Shown piece after piece: positions 1-13,360 of a stretch of 64,000 bases of DNA. Position numbers and translations under genes: made by a program. Under the pieces are notes generated by a model. It was given only the letters and a program-made list of their open reading frames with translations. It did no database searches and was not told the DNA's origin. The first letter of the stretch is position 1; every line of letters begins with the position of its first letter. The stretch comes from Botryllus schlosseri (lineage: Eukaryota), in NCBI GenBank assembly GCA_051294905.1, contig CM119372.1:23872001-23936000 (forward strand), given 5' to 3'.

Positions 1-6
1 TTCTAG

Positions 7-105
7 TTACAACAGCCTTGCTCATCAATGACAATTCTGACCGAAGCTTGGGAACCGAAGGTGATAGTGCATGGTTTGTAACTGGATTCGAGCGGCGATT
101 TATTT
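7..105 (+). CDS. Candidate upstream exon (TTALLINDNSDRSLGTEGDSAWFVTGFERRFI)
   Basis: ttctag acceptor, open frame and GTGCGT donor, phase 1/1. No diagnostic domain, and a MITE begins at about 119. Confidence 0.2.
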
Positions 106-835
106 GTGCGTATTCGATGAGAGGTGGGCAAACTATGGCCCATCGAGACGTTTTGTACAGCCTGCGAAAGTATGAAGAAGGAATAAAAATAAGTTCGTAA
201 AAATTAATGGAAAATCAAATTGATTACAACTCCATCCAACTAAAACGTTTTGCGTTACATCTTGTTAAACACAACTTATTTAGTATGTTATCGTATCCCA
301 GATGTTATTTTGATTTGCAGGTATGGAATAGATATCTCTTACTGTGACAGAATGATTTATGATTGGCAATCGCCGGTAGCTGTTTAGCCAAGAAAGTTGT
401 TTTTTCCGTTGAGGCACTGCGATGGAGCTCCGGAGAACTTCCGATACCACCAATGTCCTCCACATTTTAGGGCAAATAATTATACCTCTTCAGCCATGTT
501 CATGCCACACAGTTAATGAGTCAAAGTGTTACGCGTGTTCGATTCACGGTGTTTTTCCCGCGAACACGCTTTTCTGGCAAATTTAAGGCTGGAATTGCAC
601 ATATTTTCAAATTGGTTGTTGTTCGTCCTGTCGTCAAAAACAAATGTTAGTGCAAAAACAGGTACTTTGAACAAATGCGCATATATGCTAGTCAGAAGTA
701 TTGCCACACTCTGGTATGCAGCATCATCTCATGCTGACACAGTCAACCATTGATCTGTGAACAAATGAGAACAAGGTGCATGAGATATCACTCCAGATCA
801 ATTGGAACACCATACCGACGGTGCTCGATCTAGTG

Positions 836-1209
836 CAGTGGTTCCCAACCATTTTCGACTCATCGCCCCTCTATCAAGCTCGACACAAATTTTCTCCCCC
901 TTACTTATCCCAAAAAGAGGATATAGAAACGGGAATTTTATTCACCCAACTCTGATAAGAACAGGTCATTTGTCCGAGTAGGTACTCGGAAACCAGTTTA
1001 CGCGTCTATTTTCCGTTGAGTCGACCTTTTTTTAATCAACTTTAGCTCCATATCCAGAATTAGCCGTCTTCACGTGAATTTATTGGCTATGTTAAGTAAA
1101 TATATCTCACTGGACGTTCTAAACTTTTCGCCCCCTATCGCCCCCCAGTCGCCTCATTTGGTATTTTCGCCCTCTTGTTTCTCAAAGTCGCCCTCGTTGG
1201 GAACCACTG
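836..1209. mobile_element. hAT MITE (TIR CAGTGGTTCCCAAC)
   Basis: TIRs and 8-bp TSD ATCTAGTG. A related copy lies at 22163-22517. Confidence 0.85.
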
Positions 1210-1573
1210 ATCTAGTGCATTGTTTTGCTTATGCAATGAAGACTTTCATCTTGAATGGCAAGAGGGAAAGTTTCAACGACCTGACCCGGAAAGGAAGTTA
1301 TATACTAGTATAATAATACAGCTGTCGCTTAGTATAGGTCTCTTCGAATTTTGAGGTTGGCAATAAGATTACTCACATAAGTACCTTGAACAAGGCAGGA
1401 GTCGGGAACCTATGGCTCGCGAGCCATATATGGCTCATTTTGTGATTAAATATGGCTATTTGAAAAAATTATAATTTGGCACTTTCTTTGCATTTTATTG
1501 ATCGATATTATTGCTGCAAGTTTTTGGTGAATTTTCATTACGACCTGGATAATTATTCTTGTTGTAGCTAAGA

Positions 1574-2673
1574 TAGGGTTACCATATTTCTGTAATCCAA
1601 ATTCCGGACACTCTTTAGCGCCCACTACTGGATTTCAAAATGAGCTGTGACGTCACACTAGCAACGCTTTACTCATAGACCAGAGGTGGTCACGATCCGG
1701 TTCAGGAGTATATGGCTGTGTGTTGGGTGTAACCGGGACCGAAACCACTTTTTTCCATCCCCTTCCCGCCCAAATAAACAATGATTTTGAGCCCACCATA
1801 GGGTAATCGATGCCACTTTCGGGGAGGGGGTGCTGTATGATTCTATATGCATCTGGTCGTTAAATTTTTTTGAATGAATTCTGTCAATAATATTGGTTGT
1901 TCCATAAATTACTATATAGTTACTACTCTCCGCCCGCATGATCAGAGTTAGCGGTAGAGCTGGTGGAGGATGATGAATTCGAAAATACGGGGAGCGTAAT
2001 TGTACATCGCTAAGTCATGTTCATGTCCTACCGACAAGATTTTTATTCAGCCTTATGCCGATGCGCACCACGGAGCTTTATAAACACGCCACATCCAGTG
2101 GTTTCCAACCTTTTATAGTCGCCACTCCATCTCCAATTTGAAAATGTTCCGGGGCCCAGATCTAAATTTGACGAGCTGATTACTAAAAGAAGTCAGCACC
2201 TTTGCCCAAACTTTCTCGCGAGCTATTTTGGAAGCTGATTCCGTTCAACATGTTCGCGAACCCCAGAATAAAGGCAAGCGACCCCCACGTTTGGTACCAC
2301 TATCGTTTAATATAGCATTTAGACGGCCTTAACGATATCTAGGAATATACCGTTCGCGTATAATTGCGATTAGACTTATTCCAGTAAATGAAAGTTGTTT
2401 TTATTTATATTTTATTGCAGTTTTGGCAAGGGTGGTAGTCCCCATATTAAAATTAATAAATGTGATAGTAAATCGCGCGCAGCGCGAAGAAAAATGTCAT
2501 GCATCAGCATAAATATCCCCCAAAATAATGTTTTTATGTTGCTTTACGAAACAATTATGAGGCTACGTCAAAATTCCGGACATTGGGCATATTTTAGCAA
2601 TTCCTCCTGGACGCTACTTTGAACACTGAAATTCCGGACATGTCCGGGAAATCCCGGACGTATGGCAACCCTA
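1574..2673. mobile_element. Non-autonomous hAT element (TIR TAGGGTT(A/G)CCATA) with nested MITEs
   Basis: TSD AGCTAAGA on both sides. Related copies at 6425-6760, 11033-11462 and 44220-46130. Confidence 0.85.
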
Positions 2674-3181
2674 AGCTAAGACAGGTCTTGATGAGGTCAA
2701 AACAGTGACGTATTATGGACGGGTTTAGTGGCTCAAAAAAATCCTTTCAAAATCCTAAAATTCATGCCAAAAATCTGCTGCTCATAACTCCTCATTATCT
2801 GTTCAATAGGACCGTAATAATGGACCAGTACTATGATAGGACTATTACGGTACCTTCAAGCTCTTTAGAGGTATTCATTAGCTTAGAAGACAAATCTAAT
2901 CCGACGAGCTCAATACGAATTCTGCATAATGGCTAGAACAAAGTTGCAGTCAACACTCCGATATCACAATTCGCTGTAATCAATATTGTACCATTGGAAT
3001 CTTGGATTGCATAACACATTGATTAATTTGAGCGAAAAGCAGACATGACGACGCCTGTATGACAATGAGGTTTTTAAATCCACATTGTCTCCCTGATCAT
3101 CAGCGCGAAAGGAACGGCCTTGGAAGTGAAGGTCCTCGTCGAACGTCGAGCGGTACGGACGTGTTTTTGACGCTAAGAAAG

Positions 3182-3751
3182 CAGTGTTGCCAACCTCGCG
3201 GTTTTCCCGCGAATTTGGGCGTGTCGTTTTCGCGATTCGCGGTTTATTTTCAGGAGTCGCGGGTTGCTTGTTTTTGGGCTTGTTTGATTTTTTATCAAAC
3301 TTGTATGGTGAGCCTGTTAACAAGTTGTATTTGCAGTTTTTGACACCAATCTTGCAACAATTCAACAAAATCAACAAGCTTTTTCAGTCCGAATCCGGAG
3401 ATCATCTAAAAATGCAGGATTATCTGTTACTATTCTTTCGCTCCTTGGTGTCAAGGTTTGTGATACCCTCGTACAAAATGTTTGCTGTACCGACTTCAAA
3501 CCTACGAAATGCATGCTGGAGCGGTTTAATGAAAGCATGTTTCAGGACACTGTGGATGTTGGACAGGAAAATGACATCGTTTAACATGTCAGGCCTATAT
3601 CTGAGTGAATTGTATTGTAAATACAATGTTTTGCATCCTAAAAATTGTTGCTTGTTTTTGGGCTTGTCTCGGCTAAAAATTCGCTTGTTTGGGCTTGTTT
3701 TTCAGATTGATTTTTTTTTTGCATGTTGTTGTAAAATATTCTGTAACACTG
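3182..3751 (+). mobile_element. hAT deletion derivative with a transposase remnant, inserted in the 5' UTR of the ORF1 element
   Basis: CAGTGTT...AACACTG termini, TSD TAAG(A/G)AAG, internal LYLQFLTPILQQFNKINKLFQSE. Confidence 0.75.
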
Positions 3752-3901
3752 TAAGGAAGATAACTAGCTTTTGGACCCGTTTAGTACGGGAAAGGACGAG
3801 ATATTACTGGATATACTCGATATATACTGAATATACTTGATATTGGATATACTGGATAGCTGGATATACGACGTAGCAATTCAGGAAATATCCTATTAAC
3901 A

Positions 3902-4990
3902 ATGGCGACGGCCATGGAGACGTACAACGCTGACGATACCGATGCACAAAGAAATGCTACACAGGTATCATATGCAACAGTAACAGAAAGAGCAGAGAAT
4001 ACAACAGTACAGGGAAAAACCAACCAGGAAACACCGACGTTTAACCATACCAGACCAAATACTTTTTATATAAAGGGAAATGAAGACATTCAGGTCGTTA
4101 CAATAATTGAAGAATTACAACACAACAGCATCACAAGTAAATACTACAAATACATTGCAGGCTTATATGAGCTGAGGAATGGAATATGGATTATGAATTT
4201 GATCACAGAAACCAATGGAAAGAACTTGAGAGATGAATTGTACCACCAGATGAGACAAAACCCTAATGAAGCAAAATTCCGCAATATAACTTTCGAACTC
4301 CCAAGACGTCCAACGACACACCTCATTGTTAAAGGAATACCATACGAATCTAAAGAGGAGGATATAGCCGAACAATTGAGTGACTACGGTTTCGGGACAG
4401 TTATTAACCAGACCAGGGTCTTCAGAAGAAACACGAACTGGTATAATGGTTTCACTAACGTCTGGGTGGAAGAATTCAGAAAAGAAAACATGCCCTACCA
4501 TATAAAAGTTGATGGGTATGGATGCCTCATCAGAACAGCTGAAGACGCTTATCAGAAGCGATGTTACAGCTGTAATCTGACGGGACATATTGTAAAGGAA
4601 TGCCCGAATGAAAAATTGGAATGCACGACGTGCAAACGACTGGGTCATCGTGCAGACGAATGCAGGTCCAAACTTCGACGAGACAAACCCGGGTATACGG
4701 CCGAGCATGGAAATGCTGAAATAGCCAACAATGAAACAGTAGATACGGTTGACCCGAAAACAACCCGGAATGACGACATGAAAAGGAACGAAACAAGGCA
4801 GACGAGCCAGGCAATTATCAAAACATACTCCTCAACTGACGCCGCATTCGAAATTGCAGACTCAACACAGGAAGAAACCGAGCCAGAGCAAGCCGTGTTG
4901 GAAAACTACAATACTGACCAACACAGGGAGATACAGACGGCCGAAAAGCCAGCCATCAAAAAGCCGTCGGATACGAAACCTCATAAATAG
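3902..4990 (+). CDS. Non-LTR retrotransposon ORF1/gag-like protein with two CCHC zinc knuckles, probably prematurely terminated
   Basis: CYSCNLTGHIVKEC and CTTCKRLGHRADEC after an RRM-like region. The frame continues past TAG 4990 to about 5247 with one more stop. Confidence 0.8.
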   Translation: MATAMETYNADDTDAQRNATQVSYATVTERAENTTVQGKTNQETPTFNHTRPNTFYIKGNEDIQVVTIIEELQHNSITSKYYKYIAGLYELRNGIWIMNLITETNGKNLRDELYHQMRQNPNEAKFRNITFELPRRPTTHLIVKGIPYESKEEDIAEQLSDYGFGTVINQTRVFRRNTNWYNGFTNVWVEEFRKENMPYHIKVDGYGCLIRTAEDAYQKRCYSCNLTGHIVKECPNEKLECTTCKRLGHRADECRSKLRRDKPGYTAEHGNAEIANNETVDTVDPKTTRNDDMKRNETRQTSQAIIKTYSSTDAAFEIADSTQEETEPEQAVLENYNTDQHREIQTAEKPAIKKPSDTKPHK

Positions 4991-5722
4991 GCAAACAGCG
5001 ATAGAGTAACTACCAGAGGAACTGCATGCAGCCAAGCGAAAAACCCGAATAATAAGAAGAAGAACAAACGCAACCATTCTCCTAACAGAATCGATGACGA
5101 ATCTACTGAAACTAACGTTGATTATTGTAAATGAATTAATACAAGATCTGGAACAATATATACAGACCTGCAAATGGCTATCGACGCTATACCCAACAAA
5201 ATCACGCGCAACGTATACGACAGACCACAAGCTCCGACGATAATGTGAGGGAAAGCTATCAGATAGTGCGCGATAAATTGTATTTATCGACCCACATAAC
5301 CCAACCATTTCACCCCTAACCTATCCTAACACCCCATCCCATAATCCCAACCCTTCCCCAACCCCTATCACTCCCCCACCAATACACACCCAAATTATCC
5401 ACCAGCCATCATAAACGATGAAATTACGACTACAAAGACTTAATATGAACAATACACGCATACGAACGCCAATTAGCGGCGGCTTCTACTACGACTTCAA
5501 CTACAAATTCGACAACGACTGCGATGAGATGACCGGATGATGGGGACGAACCAAACCGAAAGAATTTCATTTATGAAATAATTATTGCTATTTTATGTAT
5601 ACATAATTGAATAAAAATCACAAAAACGGAAGTGACACTCTAAATTACAATTACAAACAAAGCCAATTAGCCATACATATTCCAATTTACTAGGTAGCTT
5701 GCTAGCACTATACCGTTTAAAG

Positions 5723-6016
5723 CAGTGGTTCTCATACTGAGGGGCGTGAAAGCATCTGAAGGGTTCGCGAAGCTGCGGTCAAATGATTTTTTTTCGCGAT
5801 TTACCACAAATTACTAATTATTGCTCTGTATATAGTCCGAATTTCATATTTGAGAATTCTCTCATCAACAGTCATAACCTTACCTTACATCAAACTATCC
5901 GTTGGGATTGCCAGCATTTTGATTGTAGTTGGTGATATGACGATAAGGGGATGCGACATTTTTCACCATCATAAATGGGGGGGGGGGCGTGTATAAAAAA
6001 AGTTTGAGAACCACTG
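5723..6016. mobile_element. hAT MITE (TIR CAGTGGTTCTCA)
   Basis: TSD GTTTAAAG. A related copy lies at about 11533-11812. Confidence 0.85.
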
Positions 6017-7065
6017 GTTTAAAGCTATAGGCTTGTTGCGTAACGTTATGTTACCACCTGCGATTTTGAGAATTGAGAAGTAGTGTACGCCAAATTATAT
6101 CGGTTAACATTATTCTCAATCTCTGAAGTTATCCTCCCGGTTTAGAGCAACTGATTGAACCATGCATGAATGCCAGTACAACAATTGAGGCATAGCTCTC
6201 TTCGCGGATGCTGTGGATTCCTTGGAAAGTCGTCTAACTGTAAAAAGTGTGTTACTGAGGAAGAAACAGTAGACTCACACGTTTAATGTTGTCTAAAATT
6301 GTTGATTTTGCGTTAAAATGTACATCTTAATCGCTTTAAGCTTCAAAAAATATCATATGACCCTCACGGAAATAAAATTAAAATAAGAAGCTTGCAAAAG
6401 GTTCCCAACCCTTGTATCTAAGCTATGGTTACCATATTTTGGGAATCTAAGAGGACACTTTTTGAAAAATTTTAGACTTGGAATGCAGGAGTAAAATCGG
6501 GAAAAAGTCGTAAATTTTCCCAATTTTGTGGTTGGTTGACAAAAAAAGGTCATGTTTCTGGCCCAAGTCCCGAAAAGCCTGCCGGACCGTCACTTGAGCG
6601 CTGATTTACTATATCTCAGTCCAATTACAATGTACAGATAACGAAAAGTTCAAAAACGAGGACAAATTCTCAAAAAAGAGGACATTTAGGCGTCCTCCGA
6701 GGACACTTTCAAAAAAGTCAAAAGAGAGGACAAATCCTCTTGAGAGAGGACGTATAAGCTTAATTGCCCCATGCTCAGTGTCGTTTTTCATTATGTCGCA
6801 AACGTCGGGCAACGGACTTGATTGATATGGGCGCTATAACATGACATAAATGTACACACGACGAATCCCATGTATAGTGAACTTCGATTTCGTTCCTCCA
6901 TCATGTCACGAATCATTAATTGTGACGTAACCGTCAATTGACATCCACGTACGGCTCATTCAGAATTACAATTGAAAATATAGGGTAAATAAGTCTCTTT
7001 TGACGAAAAGGTTCCCGACCCATGCTATATGATATATCTATATGCAATGACAGACACTTTTCTAG

Positions 7066-7221
7066 CTTATAGAAAATGGGCTGGCTTTTCCGAGAATGCT
7101 TTGAACGATTCCAAACTTTCAGTCGGCTCTTTTTCAACAGTGACAACTATAACACATGGGGAAATGAGTTATTGCTTCCTTTGCGAAGAGTCGAAGCTGC
7201 AGTGCTTTACGTCATGTGAAG
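7066..7221 (+). CDS. Candidate exon upstream of the vWA domain, weakly C-type-lectin-like (YRKWAGFS...YCFLCEESKLQCFTSCE)
   Basis: cacttttctag acceptor and G|GTGAAA donor, phase 1/1. Joins in frame to exon 13209. Confidence 0.4.
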
Positions 7222-7839
7222 GTGAAAGTAGAAATTTAGGCATGGACTTTTGAGTATTACCAGTAGAATGAATTGGTCAATAATGTTGCTGGCGAGCTTC
7301 CTATGTGGGCGAAGTCAAGTATGCCTAGCATGAGAGTAATCAACTGAATTGTGGCTCTGAAATGCTTTTGCTCTCATTCATACGAATCAAATATACTAAT
7401 CGCAATATATACAGTCGCAACTTTTTGAATAATGATTTATTGTTATTGATGTCGGAGTGGAAGGGGCTCATTTCTCTGTACGCCACAAATAATAAGTTGT
7501 TTAGAAAATGGTGAATATGACAGATATTTACTTCTACATCCTAGATTACGGATGATATATTAATTTGAGAGGCGATTTTAAATTATCACACCATTCCAAT
7601 ATTGGCAATTCTAGGCTTAGTTAGCGCATGAGATAATGAACTTGGCGAATGACGAACATATCGAGTAGGTTGGCACTTGAAATGACCATGTAAGTTGATA
7701 CATATGTCATGCAGCAAGTAAAGTTCGGTTACAATTATAATTACTGCGATGTATATAATGGTTTGATCAGGGATATCTTGAAACTCCAGCAGGGATATCC
7801 AGGGATATCCCTGGGTTTGATGTTCATCTTTTTTGCTGA

Positions 7840-8350
7840 AAATCTCTGTAAAGGGTAGGCATACTCTGGCTAGAGGGCGACATCTGACCGCCGTGCACCT
7901 GTTTGAGTTTGATGGGAATTTGGCCCATGACGCGATTTTTGATAAGCTCCACATCGCCACCAGGTTAACGTAGCCAATGTTTTAGAAAATAGTAGCTATG
8001 GAATCATAAACATCGATATTTGCCTACTATAAAATGGCCATGGATCTCGGAGAACGGTGTTCACTTTACCAGTACGGAAAGAGTTATATGGAAGCGAGGA
8101 GCGTAGTGGTACATTGCACTGCTGCATATTCGAGATCGACCGAAGTCGGCTCCAGAAGCCCATCCTAAGCGTTGTAGGTTTATGAAGAGTATTATTCGTC
8201 TTCCGCTCCGCGTTAGCAGTGTCTTCCAGAAGCCTATAGGACGAATGTGGCCCACCGTGCTATAAGTCGCCAGCTCTGGGATCATAACATAGACCTGGAG
8301 TAAACTGACCATATATGTTTAAACACCGTGAATACTGAGACAACGGCAAC
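7840..8350 (+). pseudogene. Possible heavily decayed Ty3/Gypsy integrase remnant
   Basis: Fragments in shifting frames follow integrase order: IFDKLH, INIDI, AYSRSTEV, FMKSI, LPEAYRTN. Many stops and frameshifts. Confidence 0.3.
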
Positions 8351-9811
8351 AGCTTGACAAAGAACATACATTTCGAACTTATGACCGATATAGGCATGCA
8401 TTTCGGTTACATTCTGGCGATGTCTACTACCAACTTCAGTCTTACGAATGAATGCAAACATTATCAACCATGTCCGTCTGCATAATTTCAGAAGAGCATA
8501 TTTCTTTATGCTACCCTGTCGTAAATAGCGAACGGTCACTGAAGTACGCAAAGTGGCACACCATGGACTTGAATTCGACATGATTGATAATTCCCCTTTG
8601 AAATGTTTCATCCAGCCACCAATGCTGCCGAACCCTGATCTATGTAATACATTGTAAATGATGGCGCGTTCGTTTGACAAGTCTATTTTCCAAACTGTCT
8701 TTTAGTTGCAATATGGTATTCGTAGGCTAAACTATCGAGCAGATTGTCTAGCATTATGACCTTTGCATAAGAGAGCAAAAGATAATGAGAGTGGCGGAAC
8801 TATTAATGGTGACTCAATAATTCTATCACCATGAAAGGGATTCTAATAACCGCGTTTTTCGTACTATCGTTAGTTATGATAACAACAGGAGCAGATGGTA
8901 AGTACCAAGAGAATAGTCGGTTATATACATTATACAAAATACAGACATGGTATGCATAACAGTGAGCTATTCAAATATGTCTACTAGAAATTGCTGCTAA
9001 ATTCCAGACCGAGTAAACGCAGTCACCATTCAGTTTATTTGTCATGCACCAGGAGATTGACATAGCCTTCACACGCTCCCCGTCATTCCCTCCGATGCAT
9101 GAGACAATAATGACCCAAAGCAGAAATCTCGAACACATGGCCAGCGGGACACGTACTCTCCCTAGACTCCAACATGGTGTTCGTATTGTGATCCTGATCA
9201 TGTAATCCATGGTTTCCATGAAGTTACAAATCAAAATCTGCTCACCAGGACTTATGAGTTTGAGACCCCCGTCCTAAAGATAATGATTGAGCATTAAAAT
9301 ATTCACATACAATGATAGCCAGGCAGTAAAGTGCGTTACTCTTGTTCTCAGATCTTTGGTTCATGTTTGGGTTTATAGAGACGTTGTGGCGCCCCTCTAA
9401 AATTTTGTTCGGTCACGGCACCGCAACAATGATTTATGGTCGTTATCATTTGCTATCGCGTAATAATAATGAATCACCGCTCCATAAGGATGGTTTTAGG
9501 CACCAGCCAAGTGATCGATCGGTTTTGCTCCTCTCGTGTTCAATATACTTGTTTAAGCACGTCGTCCTGCGGCGACCTTTCGATATGCCTCAATTCTGAC
9601 GTGGAATAATTCAAATAAACCTAGGATATTATGTACAGTGGCCCCTAACTTTTGTCGTCGCCACACATTTCTAAAAAATTGTTGGAATTACGACGCACCG
9701 GTAACCGTAGCTTTTACAACTTTGCCTCGCACCAGCTGTAGTGAATTAATATTTGCGCCCCACTATTATTATGACGTAACAACAACAACAATCATTGGGT
9801 TATTATTTTCA

Positions 9812-10140
9812 TCTGAACAAGTTACACACAATGTACAATGCGATGTAACGAACAGATAGGAGGATGTCGAATGACACGCATCAGTAGCGATCCTTTACTC
9901 TAACATCCACCTCGGCCTAGAGTGCCCGATGTCACAGTTCAGTTCTTTTCGATGTTGAACTTTTTTGAAGCCGCGGTCCTTTCTACTAGTTCTTTCCATT
10001 CCTTGTGAGTGCTTTCTTTCTTCGGGTCTTTTTTCTGGGTTTCAGCGGGGGAAGAGGAGCCCAGATGAACCTCCGATGGGAATCGAATCCGGTCCACCGG
10101 CTTAGTTGGCGCTTATCGTTACCACTACGCTATCTCCCCC
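9812..10140 (-). mobile_element. tRNA-derived SINE, copy 1
   Basis: Minus-strand head GGGGAGATAGCGTAGTGG (A box) ... GGATTCGATTCC (B box), ~330-bp body shared with two other copies. Confidence 0.8.
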
Positions 10141-10742
10141 GCAACGTAATCCGAAGTCCGATTAGAAAGTCGGTGTGAAGACCTGGCTATCAAAGCACTA
10201 GAAGTTCTAGTAAAAAAGCATCTACTTATATCGCCGAAAAGGGTTTAAGTACACTCGTTCAGTGGTTCACAACCGCCGGTCCGCCAGATATAATAAAACT
10301 TTCTCCGGTGACGACGTGAAAGCGACGACTTCGAGCTGACTAACTAAACCGCGCGCAATTTGCACGATCATTCGTTTTCGATTCATTGCATTTCGTTGGG
10401 GGTCGGGTGTCACTGTTGCCAGGTGTTTTCGTGCGGCGCATTGTATTCGTAGTAAGTCTGGTGGTAGTGGGGACTGAGCAAGGTAGCACGGACAAAGTGT
10501 TTGGTCCGACTCCAAAACGATTCTTCTCTCGCTGTTCTCAACGAAAAGAATAATATTAGAGTTGTCTCAAATCGGCATATCCACGGCCTTTGTCGTGGAA
10601 GATCATAATCGAGTCTCAGCACGTTTATTTGGGCAATGCACTTTTACCTCGACTGTGCAGACACATTACCGTGAAATTACATTTATGCAATCATGAACAC
10701 ATTTGATTGCATAAACATAACTCAAAATGTCACTCTCTAGGA

Positions 10743-12995
10743 CAGTGGTACTCAACCGGTGTGCCGGGGCACACTAGTGTGCCATTTACGTCTCGCAGGT
10801 GTGCCGCGAGCATTTTCTTCCAAATGTTGAAATATGCGCAAAATAATTCTAGTCTATAGCAAACGATCAATAATCTAAATCGAGCTTGATGTGACGTTTG
10901 CACATTCGACAAATCTAAATTGATCGAGTTCGCGAGTTCGCTTCTCCCGCTGGATTCAGTGTTGCACAATTCAGTGTTGCACAATACATTGTTTGATCGC
11001 AGAGAAGAGCAGACATGGCAGGGCCTGTATGATAGGGTTACCATATTTTGGAAATCTGAAAAGAGGACACTTTTTCAGAATTTTCAGACTTGCAAAACCA
11101 GAGGAAAATCCTGAAAAATGGTAAATTCCTCCCACTTCGTGGTCGGTTGACTAAAAAAAGGTCAACTTTCTCGCTCGGTGCCCAAAATACAGTTTTTATT
11201 TCACTTCATCAGGTGGTTGAATACAAAAAAGGACAACTTTCCCGCTCAGCTCCCGAAATACCCGTCGGAGCGTTATATTTCGGTGCTGATTTAAGGCATC
11301 TCAGTCGGCCGTCGGCCGTTGGTCGTAAATTTGACCAAAATTCTCAAAGAAGAGGACAAAATCTCAAAAAGCAGGACAAAAGGGCGTCCTCCGAGGACAC
11401 TTTCAAAAAAGTAAAAAATGAGGACAAATAATCCTTTTAAAAGAGGACGTATGGTAACCCTACTGTATGACAATGCTGTTTACTAATCCTCATTGCCTCC
11501 CCAATTACCAGCGAGAAATGACATTTCTTGGACAGTGGCTCTCAAACTAGATGGCGCGGAACTGCGGTGAACTGAAATTTTTTCGCGCTCTGTGCGATTC
11601 ACCAGCAATTCATAGTTGTTGCTCTGTGTATAGTCCAAATTTCATATTTGAGAATTCTCTCATCAACAGTCATAACCTTCCATGCCATTAAACCAGCTAT
11701 ATTCATTAGGATTGGCAGCATTCTGGTTGTTTTTTGTGATATGACGATGAGGAGGCGCATAATATTTCAATATCATAAAGGGGGCGTGTCTGAAAAAAGT
11801 TTGAGATCCACTTCCCTTGGAAGTGATGTTCGCGTTTACAAATTCGAATTACAAACATAACAATCTACAATGCGATGCCGGCACTTCGGGTAGAACGTAG
11901 GCTTGTAGCGCAATGTTGTGTTACCGGCAAGGAATATGAGAATTGAGAAGTAAAGGTTGATAAAATTATATCAGTTAACAAACTTTCTCGCCGCTGAGGT
12001 TATTATCTAAGTTGTTTACCAAAACGTTTTAAGTTTCAACTAGATCGCAACAAGCCAGTTATATGGTAGCTGAGGTAGGCTACCAGCTAAAATCCAAAGC
12101 CTCGCACGGAAGCGGAGAAACTTATTTTTTCTGCTTGCACTGGAATTGTCAAAAAATGTCTGCGACCAAAGATGCAGATTAATTGAAAACGATTCCGATG
12201 TCAATATGATACCATTCGTAGACATATTTGGGACATGTGCAGAGATATTAGCTTATTTGGTAGATATCTTTGAGCACCTAAATAAGAGAAATTCCAGAAA
12301 TATCTTATCTTTAACCGACAAAATTAGAGAATTACAAGAGAAATTTAAAGTGTGGTCAGTACGAGCAGAAGCTTGAACGTGTAGCATGTTCTTCCATTTC
12401 TCCGAAACGAATAACAGGGAAATCGTGCCATCAGCTGTTCGGCATCTCAAATGTTTGCATGCAAAAATAAACGCTTATTTTCCAACACTAGTCACCGAAA
12501 ACTATATGTAAGAAACCCATTTTTGCCGCAAGAAACCAATTCAAATCTCATAGAGAAGGTATAGAGCTGATTGACATCCGTAATGACGGAAGCTTGAAGT
12601 TATGATACAATGAGATGGCTGTCGACGAATGTCGGATGAAAATCCAGAGGGAATATCATTGCATTGGCAAATGTGATAGTAGCATTATCATATGTGCATC
12701 CAGACATTGAAAGGATATCCGCTAGAAGTCAAGCGCAAATTTCTACTAACTCTGTTCGTGATGAAATTAAATAATTTTTTTTGCGGTAGAACTGTTCAAT
12801 TCAATACAGAAACATTTTGGATTGACTGCAGAGGTTATCACATTAGTCATCTTTGCTACTGCAGTGGGTACTGCTAAGTATTCTGGTAGTTTGCAGGTGC
12901 CGTGCCAAAAAATTCACAGCCACTGTGCTCGTGTGCCGCGAACTATTTTTCATTTCCAAAGGGTGCCGCGAGGTCAAAAAGGTTGAAAACCACTT
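10743..12995 (+). mobile_element. Decayed Buster/Charlie-like hAT transposon with nested MITEs
   Basis: CAGTGG...CCACT(T) termini, TSD CTCTAG(G/T)A, transposase remnants LAYLVDIFEHLN...TDKI...KFKVW and ELIDIRNDGSLK. Confidence 0.8.
11033..11462. mobile_element. hAT MITE (TIR TAGGGTTACCATA)
   Basis: Perfect TIR and TSD CTGTATGA. Confidence 0.9.
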
Positions 12996-13208
12996 CTCTA
13001 GTACCATACCAAACAGTTTGATACTCTACACATTTTGGGTTGATTTCAATTGTCGAAGGTCCACCGCGATCCTTCAAACAATTTTTGAAATTTTACCGGT
13101 CCGTAATCTGCACTAGTTGACATCAAAACGGGGAAAGGAGTTGTGCTGTTGATGATACTCTTGATGACATGAAATATCTTACTGTCCTACCGAACCTCTT
13201 TATTTCAG

Positions 13209-13360
13209 AGAAGTGCCACCTCAAACGTACAAATCTAATTTTCATGTTGGACGGGTCATCGAGTATATCAAAGATAGAATTCGCAACTGTGAAAGATGTG
13301 TTGGTGGCCACGTTAGACGTGTTTCAAACCATCGGACCAATCGGCGTTCAGATCGGTGTG
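13209..13360 (+). CDS. vWA exon 1 (KCHLKRTNLIFMLDGSSSISKIEF...GVQIGV)
   Basis: tttcag acceptor, GTAAGC donor, DxSxS MIDAS motif. Confidence 0.9.

Larger units (their letters stand above)
3080..5626 (+). mobile_element. ORF1-only L1/Tx1-like non-LTR retroelement (HAL1-like). Ends approximate
   Basis: 5' UTR with GGACGTGTTTT and ~10-bp tandem repeats (3805-3870), zinc-knuckle ORF1, C-rich 3' UTR, AATAAA at 5610 and an A-rich end. No ORF2. Confidence 0.6.

Noticed and set aside
3184..3840. 218-aa ORF
   Set aside because: It is a chance read-through of a MITE. Only a short central part is a transposase remnant.
8104..8140. VVVHCTAAYSRS, a phosphatase-like CX5R motif
   Set aside because: It lies in a ~44-codon frame with no other phosphatase features and is better explained by chance or by a decayed integrase.
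10060..10140. tRNA gene-like sequence (also near 26200 and 42560)
   Set aside because: These are heads of a repeated SINE with diverged copies and no convincing full cloverleaf.
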